Positions 1-10,080 are shown, counted from the first letter of the stretch. The stretch is 64,000 bases of DNA from Candidatus Omnitrophota bacterium (GCA_022711395.1 JAKLFA010000003.1:98509-162508); one strand, 5' to 3'. Program-made: numbers and translations. Notes: generated from the sequence alone by a model not told the origin.

Positions 1-3000
1 GCTGTTCTTGAGCTTTAGAAAATTCTTCGTTCAAAGACCGGACCTGCCCGATAAGACTATCCTTCTCATTTTTAAGGACCGCCGCCGCCTCGAACGATTC
101 TTTAATTTTATTCTGATAATCCAGGACCTCAGCTTCCAGCGGCTTGCGGGCCTCGGCAAGGCGTTGGGAAAGAAGCTGGTTTTCCTCCGCAAGCCTGGCT
201 TCCAGGCCGGCGATCTTAACAAGCAACGGCTCCTGGGCCTCTTTGATCTTGGCCGGGATCGAAGCCGTGATATTTTGTTTTTCTTCTTCGGCCCGTCGAA
301 CCTGCGCCTGGGCCTCACTACCGGCCTGCGCCACGGCCTGCAGCGACTGTTCTTTGGCCACCTGCAGCTGTTTGGTAAGGTCCGCGACCTGTTGTTCCAG
401 CGACGCCTTGGCCTGGGCGATCAGCTGTTGTTGCTGGTTCTTCTGCTGAACGCCTGCTTCCTTCAATTGCGCGATCTCGTCCTGCAAAGGCTTCTGGGCG
501 TCCGCGACCCTCAAAGCAATGGAGCCCTCCAGGTCTTTGTTCTTCTGCGCCAGATTTTTGTTCTCTTCCATCAAAAAGCTAAGCTGTGTTTTCTGTTCGC
601 TCAACTCCTTGGAAAGGTCCTGCTTTTGCTTTTCTGACCCCTCTGCCGCCGCCTTCAGTTGGCTGACCTGCATCTTAAGGCCGTCGATCTCATTGTTATA
701 AATACCGGCGTCTTTTTCCCACAGCGCTTTGGCCTCGGCGATCCGGGAGGCCGCAGAGCTCTCAGCGTCTTTGTTCTTCTGCGCCAGGTCATCCTTCTCT
801 TTCTTCAAAAGACCGAGCTGCGCTTCCTGCTCGCTCACCTTCCTGGAAAGGCCCTGCTTTTCCTGTTCCAGACCCTGCACGGACGCGCCCAAATCCGCCA
901 ACTGCTGCTTCAACCCGCCGATCTCGCTCTTGTATTGTTTCACCTCATTTTCAAGAGCGGCTCGCGCTGCGGCGACCTTCTCCGCTTCCTGGACCTTTTG
1001 CCGCGCGTTCTCCTCTTTGAACTTCGCGATCTCTTCCCGCAAAGGCTTTTCGGCATCGGCCACCCGCTGCAAAGCGCCGGCTTTTTCTTTCGCCAGGTCT
1101 TCTTTTAATTTCGCCACTTGCGTCTCAAGCGTCCCTTTCGCTTCAGCGACCCTGGCCGCAACGGAACCCTCAAGGCCCTTGTTCTTCTGCGCTAAATCAC
1201 TGTTCTCGCCTTTCAAACGGCTGAGCTGCGCTTCCTGCTCACCCACCTTTCTGGAAAGGTCCTGCTTTTCTTTTTCCAAATTCCCGACGGTCGTGTTCAA
1301 CTGAGCGGCCTGCGCTTTTAACCCTTCGATCTCGGCTTTATAAACGCCGGCCTCTTTTTCATATGGAGCCTTGGCCTGCGCGATCCGCTGCGCTTCCTGT
1401 TCCTTTGACCGGGCCGCCTCTTGTTTGAGCAAGGCGATCTCTTCCCGCAAAGGCTTTTCGGCATCAGCCACCTGCCGCAAAGCGCCGGCTTTCTCTTTCG
1501 CCAGGTCCTCGTTCAATTTCACGACCTGCGCCTCAAGCGGCTTCTTAGCCTCATTGACCTTTTGCGAAACGCTTAACTCAAGGGCGTCTTTTTCCTGAAT
1601 AAGGGCCTGGATCTTTTTCTCAAGGCCGGAACGGAGGCGGTCTGCTTCCGCGGCCGAAGAATCCTTCATGGCCTGCAGCTGATCAATGGTCTTTTTCTGC
1701 TCAACGATCTTTTGCTCTTGATCAGCGGCCCGTTTTTCCGCGGCCAGAACTTTTTCCTGCCAGGCCGTGTTGGCCCGGTCCAGCGTTTCAGGGATCGATG
1801 AACGGAGCGTGGCGATCTCTTTATTCAGCAGACCGATCTTGTCTTCCAACGGGCGGCGGGCTTCAGCGACGGACTGCTCTTGTTTCGCCGCCGCCGACCT
1901 CAGCTCTTCCTGATGTTTGGCCTTAAGTTGTTCCAAGGACGCATTGAGGCCGGCCGTGCTTTCCTGCTGAAGGCGAAGGGCCTCGGCCTTTTGTTTGTCC
2001 AGGTCCTGCTTTTGCGCTGACAGTCTCGATTCCAATTCGCGAACGGTCTTCTCCAAAGACGAACGGGCCTCCTGGACCTTCCTCTCCTGCTCATCCTGCT
2101 TCTTTTTAAGCTGCTCTTCCAACTCCCGGATGCGGGACTGTGACTGAGCCAGGAACTGCCGGTCTTTTTCAGAAGAGGCCTTTAGCGATGACGATTCTTT
2201 TTCCAACGCAGCAACCTGCTCAGCCTTCCGTCGCGAATCCTGCTCGACCCGGGCAAGTTCACGCGTCAATGACTCCACCTTATCAAGCAGCGGGGCCTGG
2301 ACGGATTGGGATTTTTTCTCCGCCCGCTCTTCCGCCATCGAAATCTCTCTGCTCAATTGTGACACCTTCGCGGTCAGCTGCTCACGCTCAGCGCGCATGG
2401 ATTCAACGTTCTTTTCCAACTCCGTCAATTGTTTGTCTTTATCCGCCAAAAGCGCGGTCTGAGTGGCGAAACGGCTTTCCACTTCATGATATTTTTTCTG
2501 CTGTTCGTCCAGCTTGACCTGCCATTCCCCTTCCCTGGCGTCTGTCTCCTCTTTTGCTCTGGCCTGCAGGATCTGTTTTTCCCGCTCCAACTGGGCCAGT
2601 TTTTCTTCCAACGGCTTCACGGCCCGTGAGACCTTGGCCTCTTCGGCGGATCTCAAAAGCTCGATCTCGGATGACATGTTCAAGACCCGCTGCTGCATTT
2701 TTTGACGGATGTCAGCGGCCTCCTGACGGGCCAGAACAAGCTCCTCTTCTCTGGCCTTGATCTGAGCCTCCAGGCCACGGAAAGCGTCTTCCTGTTTCTT
2801 GAGATCTCCCTGAAGCGCCGCCACGGCCGCCTTCTGTTCATTAAGCTGGCCGTCCCGCGAAGAGACCTCTTTTTTCAGCTGCTCGATCTCTTTGGCAAAA
2901 GATTGCCCGGTTTCTTCCACGCGCTGATCAGCAACCTTACGGGCCTTCTCCAGGTCCTTCTCCAATAAGGCGACCTGGTTGACCAGCGGCAGCTTCGCTT

Positions 3001-3469
3001 CCTGAACGCTCTGCTCGTTCTTCGACTGAAGCTTCCCGACCTCTTCCTCAAGGGCCTCGATCTTGTGTTCTAAAATGGTCCTGGCCTGGGAAGAAGACGA
3101 CTGATCGGCCAAAAGCTGACGGACCTGGTTTTCCAGCTCTTCCACGCGCTGCCGCTTGGTTTCGATCGCAGCGGCGATCTCTTCAGCGGCGGCGCTCTTC
3201 TGGCTGAGCTTCTGCTCGATCAGTCCCGCGTCCTTATTGATCTGCTCAAGCCTGAGCTCCGCGGCCTTTAATTTGTTCTGCGTCTCGATCAGGTCGCGCT
3301 CCAGAGCGGATTTTTCTTTGGAAAGCTTGTCATACTTTTCAAGAAGGGTGTCGATCTTCCGGGTCAGCTCTTTGTTCTGCGCCACCGTGTCGACCTGCTG
3401 GGCGAAGCCAAAAGACTGCAACGATAATAAAAGAATAGGAATAAAAATACTAAAACGGAAAGATAACAT
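1..3469 (-). CDS. Giant secreted coiled-coil repeat protein. The N-terminal 1156 codons lie in the window; the C-terminus runs off the window at coordinate 1.
   Basis: ATG at 3469 with a weak AGGT RBS. N-terminus MLSFRFSIFIPILLLSLQSFGFAQQ is signal-peptide-like. Manual translation of the minus strand is continuous to position 1, with heptad-like Ala/Glu/Lys/Gln-rich sequence and internal repeats (for example VAKLKEDLAKEKAGALQRVADAEKPLREEIA twice). The plus-strand ORFs in the track here are low-complexity mirror frames. Confidence 0.7.
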   Translation of the reverse strand, partial: MLSFRFSIFIPILLLSLQSFGFAQQVDTVAQNKELTRKIDTLLEKYDKLSKEKSALERDLIETQNKLKAAELRLEQINKDAGLIEQKLSQKSAAAEEIAAAIETKRQRVEELENQVRQLLADQSSSSQARTILEHKIEALEEEVGKLQSKNEQSVQEAKLPLVNQVALLEKDLEKARKVADQRVEETGQSFAKEIEQLKKEVSSRDGQLNEQKAAVAALQGDLKKQEDAFRGLEAQIKAREEELVLARQEAADIRQKMQQRVLNMSSEIELLRSAEEAKVSRAVKPLEEKLAQLEREKQILQARAKEETDAREGEWQVKLDEQQKKYHEVESRFATQTALLADKDKQLTELEKNVESMRAEREQLTAKVSQLSREISMAEERAEKKSQSVQAPLLDKVESLTRELARVEQDSRRKAEQVAALEKESSSLKASSEKDRQFLAQSQSRIRELEEQLKKKQDEQERKVQEARSSLEKTVRELESRLSAQKQDLDKQKAEALRLQQESTAGLNASLEQLKAKHQEELRSAAAKQEQSVAEARRPLEDKIGLLNKEIATLRSSIPETLDRANTAWQEKVLAAEKRAADQEQKIVEQKKTIDQLQAMKDSSAAEADRLRSGLEKKIQALIQEKDALELSVSQKVNEAKKPLEAQVVKLNEDLAKEKAGALRQVADAEKPLREEIALLKQEAARSKEQEAQRIAQAKAPYEKEAGVYKAEIEGLKAQAAQLNTTVGNLEKEKQDLSRKVGEQEAQLSRLKGENSDLAQKNKGLEGSVAARVAEAKGTLETQVAKLKEDLAKEKAGALQRVADAEKPLREEIAKFKEENARQKVQEAEKVAAARAALENEVKQYKSEIGGLKQQLADLGASVQGLEQEKQGLSRKVSEQEAQLGLLKKEKDDLAQKNKDAESSAASRIAEAKALWEKDAGIYNNEIDGLKMQVSQLKAAAEGSEKQKQDLSKELSEQKTQLSFLMEENKNLAQKNKDLEGSIALRVADAQKPLQDEIAQLKEAGVQQKNQQQQLIAQAKASLEQQVADLTKQLQVAKEQSLQAVAQAGSEAQAQVRRAEEEKQNITASIPAKIKEAQEPLLVKIAGLEARLAEENQLLSQRLAEARKPLEAEVLDYQNKIKESFEAAAVLKNEKDSLIGQVRSLNEEFSKAQEQ

Positions 3470-3574
3470 AATTTACCTTTCTATAGAATTTTTTGAAGAG
3501 TCTGTGTTATTATAATATGAATTTTTTTAGATAAAAATAAAAACCGTTTTTTATTCCGTAAAGGCCTCTCTGTC

Positions 3575-4261
3575 ATGAAAAAATTATGGGCTTCCCTCTT
3601 CGGAGGCGTCAGCATCTCGAACTACATCTCCAAAGAGCTCGAAGTGGGATTCTCCAACTACGGGCCCTCGCTGGGAATAGGCGGGGTCTTTTCCGTCAAG
3701 GACAAACATGAATTCGTCCACAAGATCACCCTTCATGTCGACACCGATGAGGGCCATGATCAGCATGACCTGGAATGGTTCGCCGTGCGGGAACATGATT
3801 TTATCGCCGGTGATTTTTCGGGGATGCACGCCAAATCCCCTTCCAAGTTCATGGTCGTGCCCTTGAACCCCTACACCTACGACCTTGTTTTCGTCGACAA
3901 CACCTGTTACGCGGAAATGAAGCCTTTTCTTCAGGAACTGCGGGCCTACTGGCACATGAGCCCGAAATTCGACCCAAAAATGACCTCCCTGCCGGAACAT
4001 TTCCTTAAAAGGGATGATGTCCTGGAATGTTTCAAGAACATTGAACTCCTCTGTTATTGGCGCCCCGGGCTCTACAATCTTTCCATGAAGGTCTCCGCCG
4101 GCGCGAAATTCGAGGAAGTGGTCTTCGATCACACCTTTGAGCTCAATGAAACGCAGATCCTCAGTTTGAAGGGTAATATCCCCAGGATCGCGGATGACGT
4201 CTGCTGCCGGGGAGCCATCAAATACTCGACCGCCAAGGTCCCTCTTCAACTCCCGGCGTGA
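3575..4261 (+). CDS. Hypothetical protein (228 aa)
   Basis: ORF track. It is transcribed divergently from the coiled-coil gene across an AT-rich promoter region at 3470-3574. Codon usage is GC3-rich like neighbouring genes. The competing antisense ORF 3584..4432 is judged spurious. Confidence 0.5.
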   Translation: MKKLWASLFGGVSISNYISKELEVGFSNYGPSLGIGGVFSVKDKHEFVHKITLHVDTDEGHDQHDLEWFAVREHDFIAGDFSGMHAKSPSKFMVVPLNPYTYDLVFVDNTCYAEMKPFLQELRAYWHMSPKFDPKMTSLPEHFLKRDDVLECFKNIELLCYWRPGLYNLSMKVSAGAKFEEVVFDHTFELNETQILSLKGNIPRIADDVCCRGAIKYSTAKVPLQLPA

Positions 4262-4290
4262 AGCCGCGAGCCTTTTCTGAAAAAAATTTT

Positions 4291-5721
4291 TTACGATTTC
4301 CGCGCTGATCGGGACCGGCCATAGAGGCGCTTGTTCCGGAAGCTGAAGACCGTCATCTGCCAAAGCGTCATTTTGTGGCATCGCATGTAGCGGTAGGCAA
4401 ACGTGACGAGAAAGATCCCGTGATAAAGCCACCTCAGCGGCAGGCGGATCAGGACCTTGACCAGCGGAAAAAGAAAAGGAGCCTTGACCGTCAGATAGAA
4501 CAATTTCTGAAGATTGATGATCTTGTCCATGTCCGGCTGATCGATCACGCTAGCCTCAAAGAACGTCCCCTTGAACTGGCAATCCTGCCCGTCCCCGCTT
4601 TGGGGGCATTTCTTGACATACTCCGCGATCCTGGTCTTGGGATACGGCTGCAGGATCGAACACCAGGGGTAATCCGTCTTGATGCGGATATTCAGCTCCA
4701 CGGTCGAATACGCCTCTTTCAAGGTCTCACCCGGAAGCCCGAGCATATTGTTCGTTAAAAGCCTGATCTTCCTTTCCCGCAAAAGCCGGGCGGCGCGGAT
4801 GATGCTCTCATCGGAAACGTTCTTGTTCAAGAGTTCCTTGCGGAGCCGTTCGTTCCCCGATTCGACGCCCATATTGACCCTGTAACAACCTGCCTCCGCG
4901 AGAAGCCGAGCGGTCTCCTCCGTCACGGTCGTCGCGAACACATTGCAGGCGAAGGGGACCTTGACCCTGGATCTGTATTCCGTCAGGAATTCCGCGAGCC
5001 ACTTTTTGTTGGCGGTAAAGGTGTCATCCTCAAAAACAACAAGCCCCAAAGGATAGCGCTCTTTGACTCGCAGGATCTCCTCGATACAATACGACGGGCT
5101 GTGATATCGCAGGACCCGCCCCTTTCCCTCATAAAGCTCTTTCCACTGGTGGTTATAGCAAAAGCTGCAGTCAAAAACGCATCCCCTGCCCGCCATGAAA
5201 TGTTTGACGGGATTGTCATGAATGAACGGATACTCATCATAATAGAGCGACCGGTCCGGCATCGGCAGCGCGTCCAGATCCTGCACCAGGGGCCGGATCA
5301 GAGCGCGGTCAAAGCGTTGGGACCGCGTAAAAATATTACGCACCCCTTCGCCGCTGCCGCCCTTTTCCAAATCCGAGGCGAGCTCCACCATCGCTTCTTC
5401 GCCTTCGCCGACGCAGATAAAATCAATGCTTTCTTCTTCGATGACATCCGGCATGTAGGTAGGATGCGGGCCTCCCATGACAACCGGGATCCCGTGATCC
5501 TTCTTGATCTGACGGGCGACCTCGATCGCCCAAAGGTGTTCCCCGCTCGTGCTGGAGAACGCGATCAGCCCCGGGCGGAATAAGCCGATGCGCTCCTTGA
5601 AGTCTTCAAAAGAGGACCCGATCCCCACGCTGGCCGTATGCCCCGCCGCTTTCAAGGCGCCGGAGAGGCACATCGTCCCCAGGTGTTCGTGCCAGAAATT
5701 CTGTAAAAAAAGGACGTTCAT
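4291..5721 (-). CDS. B12-binding domain radical SAM protein (class B radical SAM)
   Basis: N-terminal cobalamin-binding-like region (GIPVVMGGPHPT) followed by a radical SAM core with CVFDCSFCYN (CxxxCxxC-type cluster motif) and GVESGNERL. Confidence 0.85.
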   Translation of the reverse strand: MNVLFLQNFWHEHLGTMCLSGALKAAGHTASVGIGSSFEDFKERIGLFRPGLIAFSSTSGEHLWAIEVARQIKKDHGIPVVMGGPHPTYMPDVIEEESIDFICVGEGEEAMVELASDLEKGGSGEGVRNIFTRSQRFDRALIRPLVQDLDALPMPDRSLYYDEYPFIHDNPVKHFMAGRGCVFDCSFCYNHQWKELYEGKGRVLRYHSPSYCIEEILRVKERYPLGLVVFEDDTFTANKKWLAEFLTEYRSRVKVPFACNVFATTVTEETARLLAEAGCYRVNMGVESGNERLRKELLNKNVSDESIIRAARLLRERKIRLLTNNMLGLPGETLKEAYSTVELNIRIKTDYPWCSILQPYPKTRIAEYVKKCPQSGDGQDCQFKGTFFEASVIDQPDMDKIINLQKLFYLTVKAPFLFPLVKVLIRLPLRWLYHGIFLVTFAYRYMRCHKMTLWQMTVFSFRNKRLYGRSRSARKS

Positions 5722-6434
5722 ATCAGGTTTTTTCGTTTCATCTGCCGGAGCCGCAGCACCATCACCAGGGTCTCAAGGAGGGTTATGTAATCAAGCTTTG
5801 TCTTTCCCTGCCGGCGGTCAACGAACACGATCGGGACTTCCCGGATGGAAAATCCCCGCAGGTAGACCTTATAAAGGACCTCCAGAACGATCGAAGGCCC
5901 CGTTGAGATCATGTCATCTAAGTCCAGCGCCTCCAGGACCCTGCTTCGAAAACAGCGGTAACCGCTCGAAACATCCCGGATCCCGATCTTCAGGATACTC
6001 CTGACATAGATCCCGGCGAGCCTGGTGCAGATCTGGCGGTAGAGGCCGCGGTCCATGTCCTTGCCGCCTTTCACAAAACGGGAACCCAGGACCACGTCGC
6101 AGCGGCGGACCTCCTCCAGCAGGATGGGGATGTATTTCGGGTGATGCGAAAAATCCGCGTCCATCTCGATGATCACCTCCGCGCCCTGCGCCATGGCGTA
6201 TTTAAAGCCCTCGATTCCGGCGGAGCCTCTGCCCCTGCGCTTGGTCCGGTGAAGAAGATGCACGCGCGGGTCCGCCTTGGCCATCCGGCGGACGATCTCA
6301 TGGGTCCCGTCGGGTGAATTGTCATCCACCACCAAAACCGACAGCCCTTCGACCCCCAGGTCAAGGACCTCCCGGATCAGGCGTCCGATATTTTCATGTT
6401 CATTGAATGTCGGGACCACCACAAACGCCTTCAT
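5718..6434 (-). CDS. GT2 family glycosyltransferase, polyprenol-phosphate mannose/glucose synthase (Dpm1-like)
   Basis: VVVPTFNEHENI, VVDDNSPDGT and IIEMDADFSHHP are GT2 DXD-type motifs. It overlaps the upstream radical SAM gene by 4 nt (operon). Confidence 0.85.
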   Translation of the reverse strand: MKAFVVVPTFNEHENIGRLIREVLDLGVEGLSVLVVDDNSPDGTHEIVRRMAKADPRVHLLHRTKRRGRGSAGIEGFKYAMAQGAEVIIEMDADFSHHPKYIPILLEEVRRCDVVLGSRFVKGGKDMDRGLYRQICTRLAGIYVRSILKIGIRDVSSGYRCFRSRVLEALDLDDMISTGPSIVLEVLYKVYLRGFSIREVPIVFVDRRQGKTKLDYITLLETLVMVLRLRQMKRKNLI

Positions 6435-7573
6435 ACGCCGTCCCCGTTCTGTTTTAAAAGCGACTCGCAGGCATCATACACATCCCGCGGGGAGATCTCT
6501 TTCATGCAGCGCAGATCATCGCAGCTGGAACGGTAGCATGGAGCGCACGAAACATCCTTGGCCAGCTTGATCCCCCGCCCGTAAAGATCGACCTCGACCG
6601 CGGAGGTGGCCCCGAAAAGGGCCACGACCTTCCGCCTGCGGGCGATGGCGAGGTGCATGGCCAGCGTGTCAGCGGTCACCAGAACGCCGCAGCGGGCCAC
6701 GATCCCGCAAAACAGCCCGACGGGATTTTCCGTGCCGGTATCAACGGCCGCCCTGCCGAGCTTCTTCGCGATCATGGCGTTCAGTTCTTTTTCCTGCGGC
6801 CCGCCGAGGAGCAGGACCTTCGTCCTTTTTGTTCCGGACAAAAGTTTCACCAGTTCGATGAAGGATGCGGCCGGCCACTTTTTGGTCGCAAAGACCTTTC
6901 CGGCGCCGGTATTGATCCCCACGACGCGCTCCCCCGGCCTGATGCCCCATGCCATAAACAAACGGTCCGCTTCCTTCTCGGCCGCGGGGTCTTGTTCATA
7001 AATATACTCGCCGTAAGCTCCGCTAAACCCGCACATCTCAAAAATGATCCGCTGATAGGTCTTCTGGTTCTCCTTGAACTTCAGGGCGTTGTTGAATCCC
7101 AGGCTGAAGGCGTAGCCGCTTTCATCATTGAAATACCCCAGCGCGCCGTAACGGTTCATGCAGAAACCGATCCGCTTGCCGGCCTTCACCTTGTTGGCCA
7201 GCGCTATGGCGACCGGACCCTTATCCAGAGAATAGACCACGTCGAACTCTTCTTCCAGAAGGCAGAACAGCTCATCCGGTTCCGCCGATACCAGGCGGTC
7301 AATATAAGGATTTCTTTCAAGGATCTCGCGCGATTCAAACGAAACGACCCAGGTCACATGGCAGTCCGGATAAAGCTTTTTGATCTCCGGCAGCACGGGG
7401 GTCGTCCTTAACACATCCCCCATCGCGCCGAATTTAATGATCAGGACCCGGGGCCCGAACGTTCTATAATCCACGCACGCTTCCGCGGCGCAGTCAGGAT
7501 GAAATCTGCACGGCTTCTCGCCGATAAAATAACGGCACCCGATCGTCTTGCACTCCATGCTGACCCTCCTCAC
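6431..7573 (-). CDS. Glycosyltransferase family 9 (heptosyltransferase-like) with an N-terminal Cys-rich segment
   Basis: GT9 fold signatures: LIIKFGAMGDVLRTTPVL, and C-terminal VTADTLAMHLA...VALFGAT. It overlaps the downstream gene by 4 nt. Confidence 0.8.
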   Translation of the reverse strand: MRRVSMECKTIGCRYFIGEKPCRFHPDCAAEACVDYRTFGPRVLIIKFGAMGDVLRTTPVLPEIKKLYPDCHVTWVVSFESREILERNPYIDRLVSAEPDELFCLLEEEFDVVYSLDKGPVAIALANKVKAGKRIGFCMNRYGALGYFNDESGYAFSLGFNNALKFKENQKTYQRIIFEMCGFSGAYGEYIYEQDPAAEKEADRLFMAWGIRPGERVVGINTGAGKVFATKKWPAASFIELVKLLSGTKRTKVLLLGGPQEKELNAMIAKKLGRAAVDTGTENPVGLFCGIVARCGVLVTADTLAMHLAIARRRKVVALFGATSAVEVDLYGRGIKLAKDVSCAPCYRSSCDDLRCMKEISPRDVYDACESLLKQNGDGV

Positions 7574-7707
7574 CCATGCTTTATGAAATCCATCCCCATT
7601 GACCTTACCCTGGGGATCGATTTATCCCATATTCTAACAATCTTTCAGCCCAATTCACCAATAAATTTTTTTGAGTTTTAAAACCCTTTTTACCACGAGC
7701 GCCGTGA

Positions 7708-8667
7708 TCATGTCCAGGCGCCGCGGAAATAGTCCCGGTTCTCCAGAAGGATCGACAGGTAATCGCCTTCCAGCTCGATCATGTCCCGGTCCTTCTTGCG
7801 CAGCCATTCCGCCATCCAGCCGAAACGGTTGGCGATGATGAGCTCAATGAAATACCGCCAGCTCACGGGCTGATAAACGCCGGACTCCCGCAGGCGCCTT
7901 AAAAAGGCCCGCACGCATTCAGCGTCCAGCGAACGGGGGTCTTCCATGCCTAAGCATCCCACCATGTTCGCCGCGTCATACAGTTCCGGTTTGGCCCCGC
8001 AAAATTCCCAGTCGATCACCGCCTTGATCCCATCTTCCGACCAGATGATGTTGAGCGGATGATAATCCCCGTGACAAAAAGCCGCGGGCAGGCCGGGATA
8101 CGCGCCCATGAAATCCTCTTTCAAAAAACGAACGGCCGCTTCGACCCTGAACAGATGTTTTGGGTCATGCTCCCGCATGTCCCCGATGATCCCGCGGATG
8201 TAGGACGGCAAAGAGAACACCTCGCTGCCGGCCGCCTCTCCCGCGGCCTTGCCGCAACGATGAAGCGCGATCAAAAAATCCGCCATCACGCCTCCCCGCC
8301 ACTCTTCAAAAGCGTAATCCGGGCGTTTCAGCGCCGCGCCGGTGACGAAAGGCTGAAGCTGCCACCACTTCATCTGATGCTCAACAAGATGCCCGCCGCC
8401 GGCGGCCTTCCGGTACGGAAGGACCTCCTTCAATCCCTGCTCCGCCAAAAGGTCCAGAAATAGCGCGATTTCTTTTTTCCGCTGACAAACACGGGCGGGA
8501 ACGTTTTCCAAGAGATACCGCCTCCCGTCCCGCGCTTCGATGACGGTCCTGAACTCGCTGCGCTCGGGGCTTCCGGCGATCTCAATATCCGGACGCAGGA
8601 CTTTCAGGCCAAGGCCCCAGGACCGCGTCACAAAAGAAAACCGTTCTAAATCATCCATACGCATCAA
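7708..8667 (-). CDS. Phosphotransferase family protein (APH/choline-kinase-like kinase fold)
   Basis: Brenner-type catalytic motif HGDYHPLNIIW and a downstream IDWEF (DxE) motif. Confidence 0.75.
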   Translation of the reverse strand: MMRMDDLERFSFVTRSWGLGLKVLRPDIEIAGSPERSEFRTVIEARDGRRYLLENVPARVCQRKKEIALFLDLLAEQGLKEVLPYRKAAGGGHLVEHQMKWWQLQPFVTGAALKRPDYAFEEWRGGVMADFLIALHRCGKAAGEAAGSEVFSLPSYIRGIIGDMREHDPKHLFRVEAAVRFLKEDFMGAYPGLPAAFCHGDYHPLNIIWSEDGIKAVIDWEFCGAKPELYDAANMVGCLGMEDPRSLDAECVRAFLRRLRESGVYQPVSWRYFIELIIANRFGWMAEWLRKKDRDMIELEGDYLSILLENRDYFRGAWT

Positions 8668-8715
8668 AATTTTTTCCTGAAGGCCGGAAGATCTTTCCGC
8701 TGTGTTTTATCCGGT

Positions 8716-9429
8716 TCACGCGATCACGGAACCGGAAAGCAGTTCCCTCACGCCGTTTTTGTCCTGCACGTAGATCTCCGGCAGGAATTCGATCGACTTG
8801 GGGATCTGCTTTTCGATGACCGCTTTCAGGCGCTGCTGCTGCTGTTCATCCTGACCGTTGAACAGCGGTTCCTGACTGAGGTCGTTCAAGATCAGGATGC
8901 CCGGGTCATGCGCGAACTCAAAATTCTTGATCAGGGCCTTCACCAGAAGGTCCAGAAAGCAGGGTTTGTCCTTAAAAACATCCACCGCGCTCTTGACCGT
9001 GATCTTCCCCCAGTCGACGGCGTTCAAATTCTGCAGGATCCCGTAAACAGAGGAATATTTCACCAGCCGTTTCCCGCCGGGAGGGCACTTTCTGGCGTGG
9101 TTGACCAGGACGCCCGCGATCTCCTGATGGTTGAAGGTCTTGACCTCTTTGTGGATCTCCATCGTCAGAAGCTCGAAGGTGTAGACGCCCCGCACGGCCG
9201 CGGCCGCCTGCGCGACGCTGCGTTTGATCAGGTCCAGAAACGCGTCCCAGATCACCTCTTCGTCCTTACGGATCACGTCCAGCGCCAGGATCTGGCAGGG
9301 CTGGTCTTCATGCACGGCGCGGAATTTTTTGACCTTGTTCTCAAAGCTGCCCTGATAACTGATCTCATCGAACAGAGGCATATGAAGGAACATCCTGGAA
9401 TGCTGGATCCCGCCATCGATAAGGTTCAT
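8716..9429 (-). CDS. Hypothetical protein (237 aa)
   Basis: ORF track. No recognisable motif. Confidence 0.45.
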   Translation of the reverse strand: MNLIDGGIQHSRMFLHMPLFDEISYQGSFENKVKKFRAVHEDQPCQILALDVIRKDEEVIWDAFLDLIKRSVAQAAAAVRGVYTFELLTMEIHKEVKTFNHQEIAGVLVNHARKCPPGGKRLVKYSSVYGILQNLNAVDWGKITVKSAVDVFKDKPCFLDLLVKALIKNFEFAHDPGILILNDLSQEPLFNGQDEQQQQRLKAVIEKQIPKSIEFLPEIYVQDKNGVRELLSGSVIA

Positions 9430-9463
9430 GCTCTTGCCCCCAATGAATAAACACTTCGTTGAA

Positions 9464-9700
9464 TTATGATGATTGATTAAACAAGTTTCTCTGCGTATAC
9501 GCCCCGCCCCCCAGCGCGGCGTTGAGCGCGCGCACGATCTTTCCCTGGATATTGGGCGTGACGCGCTTTCCTTTGCGAGCCTTCTGCAACTGCTTGTGCG
9601 TCAGCTGTTCGCCGGAACATCGCACCAGGTCATCGTTCGTTAATGACCGGCGCTCCATCAGCTCATCAAGCGGCTGTCTTTCCAATCCATCGTTCATCAT
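9464..9700 (-). CDS. Small hypothetical protein (78 aa)
   Basis: ORF track only. No clear RBS. Confidence 0.3.
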   Translation of the reverse strand: MMNDGLERQPLDELMERRSLTNDDLVRCSGEQLTHKQLQKARKGKRVTPNIQGKIVRALNAALGGGAYTQRNLFNQSS

Positions 9701-9726
9701 GACCTAATTGAAAATCGTTGTTCTGT

Positions 9727-10080
9727 TTATTGGACGAGGATCGCTGACTGCGGAGCCACATCGAACGTCCTTTTTAGCGGTTCCTCTGCCGAGGGCGGAT
9801 CAGCGACCGCGCGAGGCTGTTTTCTCACAGGGGCCAGCGGATCGGATTCAAAACCTTCAGCCCGCATCGCCTGAGCCGTATCCACCGCCGGAATGGGCCC
9901 TGTTCTTTTAACTATCCCGTCGGCATGGACCGTCCTCTTGGGCCCGCTCGGGCCCTTGACCTGGCTGGAAATATGATAGTTCAAGAAACCGAACGCCGCC
10001 ATCACCGCGACCGTGACCGAACATGCCAGAACCACCAGACGACCGTTCTTGTTTTCCATCATCAGTCTCCCGCCTTCCAT
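9727..10080 (-). CDS. Small membrane-anchored protein at the distal end of the minor pilin cluster
   Basis: Single N-terminal TM helix (RLVVLACSVTVAVMAAFGFL). It overlaps the PilX-like gene end by 19 nt. Confidence 0.45.
   Translation of the reverse strand: MEGGRLMMENKNGRLVVLACSVTVAVMAAFGFLNYHISSQVKGPSGPKRTVHADGIVKRTGPIPAVDTAQAMRAEGFESDPLAPVRKQPRAVADPPSAEEPLKRTFDVAPQSAILVQ

Noticed and set aside
8-3515. Plus-strand ORFs in the track (8..637, 659..1108, 729..1304, 2140..2517, 3156..3515 and others).
   Set aside because: They are Ser/Cys/Phe/Leu-rich low-complexity mirror translations of the minus-strand coiled-coil gene. The minus frame is open for the whole region and has a signal peptide and an RBS.
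3584-4432. 282-aa minus-strand ORF overlapping the 3575..4261 plus-strand ORF.
   Set aside because: The plus ORF sits directly after a divergent AT-rich promoter and has host-like codon bias. The minus ORF would have to terminate inside the promoter region and overlaps the radical-SAM gene end. It is treated as antisense noise, though this is not certain.
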